A stretch of DNA of 64,000 nt from Candidatus Cloacimonadales bacterium (GCA_963662655.2 CAXXTU010000002.1:576001-640000), one strand, 5' to 3'. Positions 20,088 through 30,495 are shown, counted from the stretch's first letter. Numbers and translations: made by a program. The notes: generated by a model from the letters alone, not told the origin.

Positions 20088-20566
20088 GTCGATTTCTCAT
20101 CTTATGGCTAGCATCTCTGCTGCCTGCTCTACTCCTCGGAGGGCAGGCAGCTCCCTTGTCAGACGAAGGATTACTGAGGATGGCAAGGGAAGCGCTCGGT
20201 GCAGAGAGTTGTGAACTGGTGAAAAAAGATTCTTGCCGGGCCGCTGCGGTAACGGAGCAAGGCAAGATAGAGCAGTTGTGTGTGCTGAGCGACGACTACT
20301 GCTGCATCCGGGGATACAACGGGATCACGCGCCTGGGGATTGTCTTCGACGGTGATGGAACCGTGCAGTCCGTTTGGATTATCGATAGCGAGGATACGCC
20401 TTCCTTCGTAAGAAGGATCAAGCGATCGAGTTTTCCAAACCAGTTCAACGGCTATCACGGGGAAAGGTCTCTCAATACGGTGACCGGCGCAACGATAACC
20501 AGTCAGGCGATTCTACAGACGGTCGGAAGGGTACGCGAGAGAGTAGTCGAAGTCTTTTTGCAGTAA
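20084..20566 (+). CDS. Exported FMN-binding domain protein (RnfG/NqrC-like flavinylation site)
   Basis: Signal peptide; GYNG, EDTPSF, NTVTGATITS ([S/T]GA[S/T] motif). Confidence 0.8.
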   Translation: MSRFLILWLASLLPALLLGGQAAPLSDEGLLRMAREALGAESCELVKKDSCRAAAVTEQGKIEQLCVLSDDYCCIRGYNGITRLGIVFDGDGTVQSVWIIDSEDTPSFVRRIKRSSFPNQFNGYHGERSLNTVTGATITSQAILQTVGRVRERVVEVFLQ

Positions 20567-20574
20567 TGGATTCT

Positions 20575-21018
20575 TTATTGATCTGGCTTTACACGTTGAA
20601 GCTTCAATCGATTTAAAAACGGCTTGGGATATGTCCAGGGCGCGGTTATCATGATTGATCCCACTAGTTGATCGTGCTCCAAATTGAATGGTATTGTAAA
20701 CGTTCGATGTGTTAAATTATCATCAGGGAAGGTTTTCCCTTCGATAAAACCGTTTGTGATAATGAAGTCTGTCTTCATGTTGAGCTTCCTGCAAATCGCT
20801 CCCCGATTCGATTTTACGATGCAATTTTTAAGAACCGCGTCACCCACAGACCCGGTTACGGTATTATCCGGGTGTATCGTGATATCAACGGGAATGTCCA
20901 CATTCTTACTTTTCCAGTGTCCCAAGTAACTCCATTGACAGTATAACGATATGGGAAGCGGTGTAGAGCAGGATAAAACAAGCGATATCAGAGTAAGCAG
21001 GAATAGAGTATTTCTCAT
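20575..21018 (-). CDS. Hypothetical lipoprotein
   Basis: Lipobox-like LVLSC; GGAGGA RBS. Confidence 0.65.
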   Translation of the reverse strand: MRNTLFLLTLISLVLSCSTPLPISLYCQWSYLGHWKSKNVDIPVDITIHPDNTVTGSVGDAVLKNCIVKSNRGAICRKLNMKTDFIITNGFIEGKTFPDDNLTHRTFTIPFNLEHDQLVGSIMITAPWTYPKPFLNRLKLQRVKPDQ

Positions 21019-21079
21019 ATGGATTCCTCCATAAATACAACCACTATTTATTAAGCATGTTTCATAAAATGTCGATATC

Positions 21080-21233
21080 GGCGTGGAGCCTTCGCCCGAT
21101 CAGCCCGTTCCGCCGTGGATATAACACGATTCCATGCGTGAAGGTCGATTTCCAGCAAAACAAAGTATTCCTCACGCATTGCATCGTGTAACACCACGTC
21201 TTCACGTTCTGATCGAACGAATTCTCTCACGCC
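21080..21233 (-). repeat. Dispersed rod-shaped palindromic element, copy A
   Basis: Plus strand GGCGTG..CTTCGCCCGATC-12nt-CGTGGATATA-[hairpin]-AACACCACG-12nt-GATCGAACGAA..CACGCC; boxes shared with copies B and C. Confidence 0.85.
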
Positions 21234-21247
21234 TTGCTGTAATGGTA

Positions 21248-24200
21248 TCATTTAAGCAGCAGGCATTTCCTGGTCGGCATCGCCTTGCCGTCGATCTGGA
21301 GACGGTACAGGTAGATACCGCTTGCGACTGCCTTGTTCTGTTCGTCGTCACCGTGCCAGACGTAATTGTATCGACCTGCATCGTGATTACCGCTGGCGAT
21401 GGTGCGAATCCTCTGCCCTCTGATATTGAATACTTGTAAAACGACTTCCGCCTTCTTTTTCAGATCGAAGGAGAAGGTTGTTTCGGGATTGAATGGATTC
21501 GGATAATTCTGCAGGAGGCGATCCATGCACGGGAGTATGTCGTCGGAATCGACGTCGATGTTTTCGAAGATGCTCGCCTGATCGAAGACCGCTTCAGCGA
21601 CGACGTTGTCGTCATGAGCCGAGAGCGCGATGCCGGCAAAGGCTTCCGTGTTCATCTGGATATCGATGCCGTTTCCCATGATAACCCATTCGTCCGGGTC
21701 TTCTTCTTCAGAATAATAGGCCCGGAAGAAATTACCGATTCGAACCAGCCGCAGCCATTTTGGGCCTCCCGTGCCTCCGGTGGTGTAACCGATCCACGAA
21801 GCGCTTTCGCCGTCCTCGGTTCGATACTGGAAGGTGACATGATTGTCGGTAATCTGCATGGCGAGCGCAAATGCAGATCCCGGATCGCTCCAGTCATTTC
21901 TCATCATGATGCCGGCTTTCGTCCAGTCTTCCTGGCTATCAACCGACACGCAGCGAATTATGAAGTCGGTGTCTCCTTCGAACTTCTTGAAAACGTAGTG
22001 GAGTTCGTCGGAAGAATTCCAGATATCCGCGCCAGATGCAGTGACCGAGTATGTTTCGTCCAGAAATGAAACGTTTCCGGCGGTATTCACTTCGCCAACA
22101 TCTAGATGGTTCGTGAATAAACCGAGTCCGCTTTGACCAGTGGTGAAGCTCCAGACTTCCCCGGTCGTTGTGCCCATGTTACTTACCGGATCGATCCGCC
22201 AGAAGTACTGTGTTCCGGGTTGGATTCCCTGTGGTTTATAATAAGGCGCGGTGGTGCTTGTAACCTGATCGAGTTGCTGGGTTGTACCGAAATAGACGTT
22301 GTACGAATCCGCGTTGGACGATGGCGCCCAGAGCAGGGCGCAGTTCGACGGAGCGTTAGCCTCTCCGTCGACAGGATTGGGATTGGCCACCTGCTGGGGC
22401 GGTAGACCCACGTTCCAGTCGAAGACTGCGGTGGCAGGCTCGGAGCGTTCGCCGTCAAGTCCTATCGCGAAAACTTCGAGCGTGGTTTGCAGCTCATCGG
22501 GAATGCGATGGATTTCGGGAATAAAGCAGGCTTCCGAGCAGCATCCCCACAGGAACTGGCGGTTCCCGTCGGGCTTGACGCGATAGACGTGGTAGGTCTG
22601 GACGTCGTCGGTCGATGCGTCCCAACGGAGCCGGATGGAGGCCATATTCAGTTCGTCTTCGGCCTTGCTGTCGATTACCACATTCATGGGCGCTGCCGGT
22701 GGCGTTGGTTCTCCCGTGTAGATCCGCATACCTCCAATCTTTATCTCGAAGTCGTTCATTGGGTTGCTCCAATGCAGAGCAAGCCATTCGAGAACACCGC
22801 GATCGCTTCCAGAGAGCGTGAAGGTTGAAGTATGCCATTCGCCATCGGGAGCAGAATCAAAGTCGCTATTCAAAGAGAACGAATCTTCATATTTTATTTC
22901 AAGGACCATCCCGTGATCTCCGCCTGCAGGATATTTCCATGTAATATCTAGATGGGTGTTTGGCTGGAGGTCGATATGTGTTTCCATTAAATAAATCCAG
23001 TTTGTACTGGTAAAATCACCGGTGATTTTGATACAGTTTCCGCCCTGCCATGCGTCCGTCCAATCGAATTCCGGATAAAGCAATTCTCCATCACCATTCA
23101 TTCTCCAACGATGAGTTGGGAGAACATCTTGCATCGCCCGGTTATACCACGCCTGATCGGAGGTCTGCACGCCGTCGGTAAACCAGCCGTAGCCCTGGCC
23201 GGTACAGAAGTTCGTGCTGAATGGCGTTTGCGTTACTGCGCGATCTGCAGGTATATAGTTGGCGATTCCCTTCCAGTCGTCGGTCGTTTCTGTGTTGAGG
23301 GGATCGCGGTTTGCCCCGACCCAGAAACGGCTGGCTCGTTCGTAGTAGTCTTGCAGGTCTGTCGAGCTTTCGTAACACCAGCTTGGGCAATATAGTCCGA
23401 CAGACAGATTGTGCGGTGCGCTTTCAGGTAATAGCAGCGACCAGTTTGCGTTTGTATTGTAGCCATTCGCCTGGACGTCGATGCCTGCATAGAGTTCGTA
23501 TTGGCTGCGGCCCAGGGCAATTGCGTTGGTCACGGAGGTGGCGACATCGTTGCTGTTCCATCCGAAGTCGAGGAACATGGTTTCCGAGACAAGCTGGTCA
23601 CCGTACTGAAAGAACATATCGTTGTTCTCGTTGAGCTGTTCCTGCCAGGAGACGGATCCCGACTCGGTCATTGCGTCATACCACATCAACTCAAGATCGG
23701 AATTCTGCTGGAAGTAGATCATGAAGTCTCGCATCGCTTCGGCTGTCGCGGCATTTCCGCCGGCGGTCTCCTGATTGATGAACCAACCGTCGAAGCCGTA
23801 GTACTCGCAGACTTGGATCAGCTTGTCCGCTACAGGGTACGTCTCGCCTTCCATCTGCAGGAGGTCGTTGACCCACTGAATCTGCCCTCCGTATGCGGTG
23901 GGCGGGAAGAATATTGTTCCGAGTATGGGGACGCCGTTACGGTGTGCCGCAGCGATGACATCCGTGGTGGGAGCGAGGATCAGGCCTTCTCCCGCAGAAC
24001 CGCCCCAGAATACGAAACGATCGGTGTATTGCCAGAAGTGGAATGCCGGACCTTCCGCCTCTGGCCACCCCTGCGACGGGTTATTGCTGGTCCCTGCGCT
24101 GATATAGAGATTGGCAACACGCCCCGCGTTGGGGTAATTGTTGCTGTTGTCCACCCGATAAGGGATATAACGATCGGCCAACGGAACGATACAACGGTTG

Positions 24201-24352
24201 TACGGCGCGTCGGGATCAGCCTCCGGGGACCAGTTCAGAAGCGTATTGGGGTGCCAGTAGGAAGCATAGGGTTGATTGGATGGATACGCCAGCAGGCTCG
24301 TTGCAATGGCCAATAATGCAAGAATCAATAAACAGCTTCGATTGTCTCTCAT
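21248..24352 (-). CDS. Secreted GH85 endo-beta-N-acetylglucosaminidase with Fn3-like modules and FlgD/T9SS-like CTD
   Basis: Start MRDNRSC with signal peptide; FWQYTD.FV.WGGS, AAHRNGVPILGT, YYGFDGWFINQET (N-x-E catalytic motif), WYDAM; CTD NYPNPFNPETT...CLLLK. Confidence 0.9.
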   Translation of the reverse strand: MRDNRSCLLILALLAIATSLLAYPSNQPYASYWHPNTLLNWSPEADPDAPYNRCIVPLADRYIPYRVDNSNNYPNAGRVANLYISAGTSNNPSQGWPEAEGPAFHFWQYTDRFVFWGGSAGEGLILAPTTDVIAAAHRNGVPILGTIFFPPTAYGGQIQWVNDLLQMEGETYPVADKLIQVCEYYGFDGWFINQETAGGNAATAEAMRDFMIYFQQNSDLELMWYDAMTESGSVSWQEQLNENNDMFFQYGDQLVSETMFLDFGWNSNDVATSVTNAIALGRSQYELYAGIDVQANGYNTNANWSLLLPESAPHNLSVGLYCPSWCYESSTDLQDYYERASRFWVGANRDPLNTETTDDWKGIANYIPADRAVTQTPFSTNFCTGQGYGWFTDGVQTSDQAWYNRAMQDVLPTHRWRMNGDGELLYPEFDWTDAWQGGNCIKITGDFTSTNWIYLMETHIDLQPNTHLDITWKYPAGGDHGMVLEIKYEDSFSLNSDFDSAPDGEWHTSTFTLSGSDRGVLEWLALHWSNPMNDFEIKIGGMRIYTGEPTPPAAPMNVVIDSKAEDELNMASIRLRWDASTDDVQTYHVYRVKPDGNRQFLWGCCSEACFIPEIHRIPDELQTTLEVFAIGLDGERSEPATAVFDWNVGLPPQQVANPNPVDGEANAPSNCALLWAPSSNADSYNVYFGTTQQLDQVTSTTAPYYKPQGIQPGTQYFWRIDPVSNMGTTTGEVWSFTTGQSGLGLFTNHLDVGEVNTAGNVSFLDETYSVTASGADIWNSSDELHYVFKKFEGDTDFIIRCVSVDSQEDWTKAGIMMRNDWSDPGSAFALAMQITDNHVTFQYRTEDGESASWIGYTTGGTGGPKWLRLVRIGNFFRAYYSEEEDPDEWVIMGNGIDIQMNTEAFAGIALSAHDDNVVAEAVFDQASIFENIDVDSDDILPCMDRLLQNYPNPFNPETTFSFDLKKKAEVVLQVFNIRGQRIRTIASGNHDAGRYNYVWHGDDEQNKAVASGIYLYRLQIDGKAMPTRKCLLLK

Positions 24353-24369
24353 AAAGCCCTCCCGATTTT

Positions 24370-24846
24370 CTACGCGGTAACAAAATTCTTCAATGTTTCC
24401 AGAACCTTCTCCGCATGGCCCTTCGCGCGGACATTGTCCCAAACCTTCTTGATAAATCCATCCGGATCGATCAGGAACGTGGAACGAACCACGCCCATGT
24501 ACTCCCGTCCGTAGTTTTTCTTGAGACGCCAGGCGCCGTAGGCTTCCAGCGCTTCTTTATCCGGATCGCTGAGCAGAGTCAGACTCAACTCCTGCTTCGC
24601 GATGAATTTCTGATGGCTGGAGATGGAATCCGGGCTGATGCCGATCACTTCAGCGTTCAGCTCCCTGAATTGATCGATCATGCAGGTAAAATCTTTTGCT
24701 TCCAGCGTGCAGCCGGAAGTGTTGTCTTTCGGATAGAAGTATAGGACGATCCATTTTCCCTGAAAGTCCTGCAATGACACTGCGATATCATCCTGGCTGG
24801 TCAATTGGATTTCCGGGGCTATTTGTCCTGTTTCTGGAATTGGCAT
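24370..24846 (-). CDS. bcp: Bcp / PrxQ peroxiredoxin
   Basis: LYFYPKDNTSGCTLEA, GISPD, RSTFLIDPDG. Confidence 0.92.
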   Translation of the reverse strand: MPIPETGQIAPEIQLTSQDDIAVSLQDFQGKWIVLYFYPKDNTSGCTLEAKDFTCMIDQFRELNAEVIGISPDSISSHQKFIAKQELSLTLLSDPDKEALEAYGAWRLKKNYGREYMGVVRSTFLIDPDGFIKKVWDNVRAKGHAEKVLETLKNFVTA

Positions 24847-24977
24847 GCTGGCCTCCTTCTAGCTTTACAAAATGATAGGACACCCGCATTCAATGACAAG
24901 GAATTTTATAAGATTGACAATATCGATGTTCCCATGTAGTTCTCGAACTCGGGAAAACAAATCACTTCGGAGGATTC

Positions 24978-25529
24978 GTGAAGAGGATATTGATCGCATT
25001 GATTATTGTCGTAATTTCCGTGATCGTAGCTGCAGAAGAAAAAGAATATCAGGTCGGGGACAATCTTGTGTGTGCTTCAGGCTGCGATTTCCGGCTTTCC
25101 AGATGGGACGACGTACGTCAGAAAGTAATCGATTCAGAGATCGGCTTCCTTGCCGAGTCGGACGAGGCGTCCGTGTATTTCACCGGCATGGCTTTCGATC
25201 TCACCATGTTGGTGATGTATCATTTTGAGGAAGGGTCGTTTTATCAGGGCGATCTGATTGTCGTGGAAGAATTTACCGAGCCACAGCAGTATGTGGAAGC
25301 GTATAGGAAGATTCTGCGGGAGATGACGCAGAAATATGGCGATCCGATTGTCAGCGATATACTTGCAGAGGATGAGACTCACATGCTGGAAGAGAACTGG
25401 GTTGAGGGCCTCCGTTTACAGGACCTCGTTGTAACGCACTATTGGGAGACGGAACGTTCGGTGATCGGGCTCACGATGGCAAGCGACGATGGAGCGATTT
25501 ACGTGATTACGGAGTTCGCGAAGCAGTAA
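24978..25529 (+). CDS. Hypothetical exported protein
   Basis: GGAGG RBS with GTG start; signal peptide. Confidence 0.7.
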   Translation: MKRILIALIIVVISVIVAAEEKEYQVGDNLVCASGCDFRLSRWDDVRQKVIDSEIGFLAESDEASVYFTGMAFDLTMLVMYHFEEGSFYQGDLIVVEEFTEPQQYVEAYRKILREMTQKYGDPIVSDILAEDETHMLEENWVEGLRLQDLVVTHYWETERSVIGLTMASDDGAIYVITEFAKQ

Positions 25530-25534
25530 GATCG

Positions 25535-25984
25535 TTACTTCTTCGGTAAATGCCCCAGTTCGAAAACTTTTTGCTTATGTTCCTGCTCTTCTTTGGCGAT
25601 CCTGCGAACGGTTTTTGCCGAGTTTAACATCAAGTGCCCTGCCATTTCCATGTGGCCGGCGATCTGATCGTAGGCATATCCCATGATACCCTCCGCGTCG
25701 GCAAGCATGTCGCTCAGCTTCGCCACGTGATCCGCAGTCGGGATTTCCTGGAGCAGTTTATTCTTCAATTTGTTCTCGAGCTTCAAGTACTTCTGCTTGT
25801 TAAGTGGAATTTCACTGATTTTTTCCGCAATCTCACGTATTGCTAGGCTGTGCTCGTGAGAGTGCTCGCTCATGAACTTGAAAAGCGCTTCGAATTCCTG
25901 CATTTTCTTCATGCTGGCGAGCCGCTGGTAAAACAATGAAACGTCGTCTTCCAGTTGTATCATAAGCTCGAGTATTTCTTTCAT
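25535..25984 (-). CDS. Ferritin-like / rubrerythrin-like protein
   Basis: Start MKEILE with AGGAG RBS; E..FY, HSHEH, IAKEEQEH (ExxH-like) helices. Confidence 0.65.
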   Translation of the reverse strand: MKEILELMIQLEDDVSLFYQRLASMKKMQEFEALFKFMSEHSHEHSLAIREIAEKISEIPLNKQKYLKLENKLKNKLLQEIPTADHVAKLSDMLADAEGIMGYAYDQIAGHMEMAGHLMLNSAKTVRRIAKEEQEHKQKVFELGHLPKK

Positions 25985-26268
25985 GATTTGCTCCTGATAT
26001 ATAATATACTCGATCCGTTCGGGGTCGTCAAGAAATTGAGGGAATGGACAGATGGAAAAGGGTGTCGGGTGGGTAAATCCTGGGCTATCTGATTCTGGAA
26101 AAGGGAGAACCTCCTCTCGACTTAGGCAATACAGGCAGCAAGTCACTCGTCAAGAGGAGGTTTCTGAGGTGTATGAGATAACAATTACGATTTTCCCTTG
26201 TGAGACATACTACTTCTTCGGAAAAATCTTGCACTCTATCATAATCCGCATAAGTCGCGGAGGTTTAA

Positions 26269-26790
26269 TTAATTGCGTTGCGGAGGCTGTCCGCCGAAAC
26301 CTCTACCAGGCCTGGAACCCGACATCGCCTTCATCCATACAGGATGGCCTTCGTTATCGATGAGATCGTAATCTTCGTCCTCGTAGTGAATGAATGTTGC
26401 CATGTAGGTGTCGCAATCCGGGCGCTTGATACCTTTCAGGCGGATGGACGTTCCGGTTGCAACGTCCACTTTTTTCGATTTCCAGTACGATTTGGTTCCG
26501 ATGTCCACTTTGTCTCCCGAGTAAAGCTCGATGAAGAGGTGTTCTTCCTGCTGAAGTCCCTGCCCCTGCTCTCTGCGTGCGCCTCCACGTCGCGATGAAT
26601 CGTCACGGTTCGGCATGGATGGCGTCTCTACGGTTACTCCTTTGACTACGCCCACGAGTTCTACGGCATCGTCTTCATTGAAGGCCATACCGCCCCCGTT
26701 TCTGTCGCGTTCGAAATCCATGGGTTGGGCAAGGAGCGCTAACGACGAAAGCATCGTCAGCCCTGCGAGAAACATGATTATTATTTTCAT
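26269..26790 (-). CDS. Hypothetical exported protein
   Basis: Start MKIIIMF after GGAGG; signal peptide. Confidence 0.65.
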   Translation of the reverse strand: MKIIIMFLAGLTMLSSLALLAQPMDFERDRNGGGMAFNEDDAVELVGVVKGVTVETPSMPNRDDSSRRGGARREQGQGLQQEEHLFIELYSGDKVDIGTKSYWKSKKVDVATGTSIRLKGIKRPDCDTYMATFIHYEDEDYDLIDNEGHPVWMKAMSGSRPGRGFGGQPPQRN

Positions 26791-26929
26791 CTTCGTTATC
26801 CTCCGTTGATTTGCACTATTAGACAGATTCGAATGGATAATCCTGCGATTTTTCCTGCACACGACGATGAGAGTTGACAAAAAAAACGATCACCGGTATT
26901 AAAGAGACGCTCCCAGAACAGGATCGATT

Positions 26930-27832
26930 ATGCGAAAACAAGCCATTATAGCCTTACTGCTGCTCTCAGGAATGCTTTGGGCGCTCAAGCCCTCCCGCGA
27001 ATACACCCGTCATCCCGATCAGTTCGGATTAATCTATAAATCGCTCGAAGTTACAACCGCCGATAGCCTCCGAATCGCTTCATGGTTCTTCCCCGCGCAA
27101 CGGATGCCGCAAGAGGAGACAATGCTCAAGGCCATGCGGGAAGGGATTCTGCCTGAGTATACGGCTGAATCCGAACCTCTGCCGACAATTGTTGTGGCGA
27201 ACGGTGACGCGGGGAACATGGGCGACCAGATCAATTTCGTGGTTGCGTTTTGTCCGCTGGGATACAACGTCGTGTTGTTCGACTGGCGTGGTTTCGGCGA
27301 GAGTGATCCGTGGGAAACGGAGCGGGATATGCTCTCCTATAAAGAGTATATCGACGATTACATCGCCGTTCTGGATGCGGTGTTTGCCCAGCCTGAAGTC
27401 GACAACGCCCGTGTAGTCGTATACGGTGGTTCGACGGGAGCGTATCTGTCGCTTGCCGCTGCGGTGCGCGATGAACGGGTAAGCATCTGTGTGCTTCGGG
27501 CCTTGATGACCAGCTTCGATGACGTGATCCCGATCTTGCATTCGGCCAAGCCGGATCGAGATATCAGGGCTCCGGAAGGTTATCCGGAAGAGCTGATTCC
27601 AGTCAACGCGGCAAAGAATTTCAAACGCCCGGTTCTTCTGATCGTGGGGGAGAAGGATGAAGTAACGCCCGTCTGGATGAGCGAAAAGATTTACTCCATG
27701 CTTCCGGGAGAGAAGGAATTGTGGGCCGTTCCCGACGCCACGCATGGAGGAGGGACGGGGCCCGTATACAGCGATTTCACGCGCTTCACGAACAAGGTGG
27801 ACGGTTTCCTGAAGGCGCAGTGGGAGCAGTAA
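26930..27832 (+). CDS. Exported alpha/beta hydrolase
   Basis: FDWRGFGES, GGSTG nucleophile elbow, GEKD, DATH. Confidence 0.88.
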   Translation: MRKQAIIALLLLSGMLWALKPSREYTRHPDQFGLIYKSLEVTTADSLRIASWFFPAQRMPQEETMLKAMREGILPEYTAESEPLPTIVVANGDAGNMGDQINFVVAFCPLGYNVVLFDWRGFGESDPWETERDMLSYKEYIDDYIAVLDAVFAQPEVDNARVVVYGGSTGAYLSLAAAVRDERVSICVLRALMTSFDDVIPILHSAKPDRDIRAPEGYPEELIPVNAAKNFKRPVLLIVGEKDEVTPVWMSEKIYSMLPGEKELWAVPDATHGGGTGPVYSDFTRFTNKVDGFLKAQWEQ

Positions 27833-27834
27833 GC

Positions 27835-28608
27835 TTACCGGGAGATCAGCGTTCGATTTCCAGAGGACACAGCGAACCTCACCGGCGATATCGGCACACG
27901 GTTGGCCAGAAAAACGTGCTGCAGACAGGTAATCGCGCGTTCGATATCCTCAACCGGAGCATCTGCCTCTGCGGCGAACCATTCTCCCTGCGGGAGCTCG
28001 AGCATCACGAGTCCCTCCGTTGCTGTTTTTTGCGCAATCCCTGCAAACGAATATATCTGTCCCGGCAGGTTCTCCGGGTACCAGCGTACGTACCAGATAT
28101 CTTCTGTAACTCCCGTTATTTTGCTGAAGAGCCTCGCAAGCTCCGTGCCGTCATCGCATGACATGATGCCCCAAAGCCGCGGGGTAACATCTCCGGATTC
28201 CGGTAGAAACTTCAGCTTGTGGATGAGGTTAAGCAATTGTTCGTCGATGGCAGGTATGAGGAGCGAAGGATGGTGTCGGGGGGATTTCCTCCACTCACTG
28301 GGAAGCATCCCGTAGTACCGCTTGAAGGCCCGGGCGAATGTCTCAGGCGAGCTGAACTCGTAGTCAACGGCGATCCTGCCGATGTTGTGCTCGGTTTGTT
28401 GAAGCTCCAGCGCAGCTTTCGCAAGTCTTCTGCGGAGCATGTACTGGTAGGGAGTCAAGCCGGTTGTGTGAGCGAACACACGGCAGAAGTGGAAGAGCGA
28501 GTAGCAGGCGGCATCGGCCATATCCTTCACCGAGAAGGTTTGCCGGATGCAGGCCTCGAAGGATTCGATAGCACGGGAAACGGATTCGATCTGATAGGAA
28601 TCAGGCAT
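27835..28608 (-). CDS. AraC-family transcriptional regulator
   Basis: N-terminal HTH: YSLFHFCRVF, RRRL..AA..L, FSSPETFARAFKRYYG..PSEWR. Confidence 0.9.
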   Translation of the reverse strand: MPDSYQIESVSRAIESFEACIRQTFSVKDMADAACYSLFHFCRVFAHTTGLTPYQYMLRRRLAKAALELQQTEHNIGRIAVDYEFSSPETFARAFKRYYGMLPSEWRKSPRHHPSLLIPAIDEQLLNLIHKLKFLPESGDVTPRLWGIMSCDDGTELARLFSKITGVTEDIWYVRWYPENLPGQIYSFAGIAQKTATEGLVMLELPQGEWFAAEADAPVEDIERAITCLQHVFLANRVPISPVRFAVSSGNRTLISR

Positions 28609-29113
28609 CTTCTCGTATTACCGGAATGAGTATGTCGAGCTCGCTTTCCTCGATCCTGTCCATGCCCTTGAAGCGTTCGTCGTAGCGCTGGATGCTGATG
28701 GGATGGCTTTGCTTCAGCTTTGCCTGCGGGAGCCACTGGTTTTCCAGCGGGTATCCCCAGTCGCTTGTAATCACGCTTCCCTTGAGGGTGAATATGGCGT
28801 ACTCACCATCGGGAAGAGCGCGATAGAGTGGCCCTTGCGGCACGCCCGAGATTTCACTTACTTCGACGCCGACGAATACATCGAAGAAGCCTTTTGCCAC
28901 TGTTTCCGGTGTGTGTGTATGGACTTCATACCAGTATCGATCGTTCAGATAGGGAAGATGCTTGCCTTCTTTCTCCCAGTATTCCATAAATCGTTGCCAT
29001 AGCCTTCCGATCTCGTTTTCCTCCGTCCAGCCTGAACTTTGCGTAAACGGGTCGCCGTAGAAATTGAATCCCAGCAGGACGACTCGATCGAGCGTTATGA
29101 TCCGGGGTGTCAT
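28601..29113 (-). CDS. GyrI-like small-molecule-binding protein
   Basis: IGRLWQRF, VGVEV, LPDGEYAIFT.KG, QWLP, ELDILIPV. Confidence 0.85.
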   Translation of the reverse strand: MTPRIITLDRVVLLGFNFYGDPFTQSSGWTEENEIGRLWQRFMEYWEKEGKHLPYLNDRYWYEVHTHTPETVAKGFFDVFVGVEVSEISGVPQGPLYRALPDGEYAIFTLKGSVITSDWGYPLENQWLPQAKLKQSHPISIQRYDERFKGMDRIEESELDILIPVIREDA

Positions 29114-29468
29114 GATGCCTCCACACGTTTGATGTCATACTATGATATTGGAAATTCCTGGTTGTCAATGATATTTTTAATTTTTGGAATACTCTCATTT
29201 TTCTGTGGAATCCTGGTTCGATGAATATTGATCGATGTTATCCACAATGTCCTTCGACTCTATGGGTGATCCAGGTTATCACTTCGTGAAACCTACAACT
29301 CAAGGATGACACGATTATTTTGCAACATACTGGCAGGTTGATAACATCTTCAAACAGGCAACGAAGCATAGCTTTATGAATAAATGGGGGTATGCGTGTT
29401 TGACAATTATCCTTGACAGGAGAGATCGGTGATTCATAAGCTCTTCCCGAATAATCAACGAGGGATGT

Positions 29469-30428
29469 TTGATGAAGAAAATCATGCTTTTATCCGTATT
29501 GTTAATCATGGTCGCAACCTGTTTTTCATACAAGAGAAAAAACGAGTTGGATAGCACATATCAGCTTTTTACAATTGGTTACAGTTTCATGAGCGACGCC
29601 AAGTTCAACGATCCATACAAGAACGACGACGAGTGGAACAACGCCTCGGTCGGTATGAAAACAATGGATGTCGATGTCGCATACCCGATGTTTTTCAACA
29701 ACAACCATACGGTATTTATTCCTTCCGTTGAATACAGCTACGTGCAGTCGTACTACAAGGACGAACCGAAGCATACTCCCAAGGAAGAGCTTCACGATGT
29801 GCAGGGTGTGTTGCGCTTTCAACAGAAGATCGGTAGTGCGTTCATGGTCGAGGCTCATGCCGCCCCGGGGCTTTCCTTCGATTGGAAAAACGGCATCGAA
29901 TCCGATGACTTCATCATGCGCGGCGGCTTGACGCTAGACTGGAAGTTTAACGACAAGCTTACGGTTCGGGGAGGAGCTGTTTACGATACTCCGTTCGGTA
30001 AGCAGGAGATTGTTCCGCTTCTCGGGGCTACCTATCAAACCGGTGACCTGGTTGTCTCCGCACTGTTGCCTTTAAATGTCGATATTCACTGGATCGTGAA
30101 TCGCGAAGTCGCCGTGGGCGTTCTTGGCGATGTCAAGGGCTATCGATTCAACCTGCAAAACGGGGAACCGGCGGACCAGTACGAGGCGACCGATCCCGAT
30201 TTCCAGTCGGTGGATTACCTGGAATACTCTCGAGTTGATCTCGGTCCGATTATCTACTGGAATATCTTCGATAACTTCTGGTTCGATATCCACTCGGGTG
30301 TCACACTCCGCAAGCAGTACAGTTTTTACGATACCAAGGATGAAGAGATGCCTGTCGGAAACCGTTCCGGCGAGCCGTCGTTCTTCCTGAGCGTCAATAC
30401 GCGTTATCGCGTTCCCATGCCGGAGTAG
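29469..30428 (+). CDS. Outer-membrane beta-barrel protein (DUF6268-like)
   Basis: Signal peptide; amphipathic strands; FG...VPLLG.TY and LLP motifs. Confidence 0.65.
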   Translation: MMKKIMLLSVLLIMVATCFSYKRKNELDSTYQLFTIGYSFMSDAKFNDPYKNDDEWNNASVGMKTMDVDVAYPMFFNNNHTVFIPSVEYSYVQSYYKDEPKHTPKEELHDVQGVLRFQQKIGSAFMVEAHAAPGLSFDWKNGIESDDFIMRGGLTLDWKFNDKLTVRGGAVYDTPFGKQEIVPLLGATYQTGDLVVSALLPLNVDIHWIVNREVAVGVLGDVKGYRFNLQNGEPADQYEATDPDFQSVDYLEYSRVDLGPIIYWNIFDNFWFDIHSGVTLRKQYSFYDTKDEEMPVGNRSGEPSFFLSVNTRYRVPMPE

Positions 30429-30466
30429 TTTGCATACAATTAATTATACGAAAAGAAAATAAGAGG

Positions 30467-30495
30467 AACCGGCAGTCAGCAGGCTGCCGGTTTTC
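30467..30495 (+). terminator. Rho-independent terminator
   Basis: AACCGGCAGTC-AGCA-GGCTGCCGGTT followed by TT. Confidence 0.8.

Noticed and set aside
21080..21233. Integron attC identity for the dispersed element
   Set aside because: No RYYYAAC/GTTRRRY termini, no integrase, and neighbours include core genes such as ligA.
21051..21251. 66-aa ORF coupled to the GH85 stop codon
   Set aside because: It lies over element copy A, and the ORFs over copies B and C (33989..34180, 57685..57942) use different frames or strands, so coding is not conserved. Not fully excluded because of the ATGA overlap.
26106..26165. Long hairpin AACCTCCTCTCGAC...GTCAAGAGGAGGTT as another copy of the element
   Set aside because: It lacks all four conserved boxes; more likely a terminator-like structure. 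Hairpins near 39716-39755 and 54414-54459 were rejected for the same reason.
29238..29246. Perfect DnaA box TTATCCACA suggesting oriC
   Set aside because: A single box with no cluster and no dnaA/dnaN context; expected by chance.
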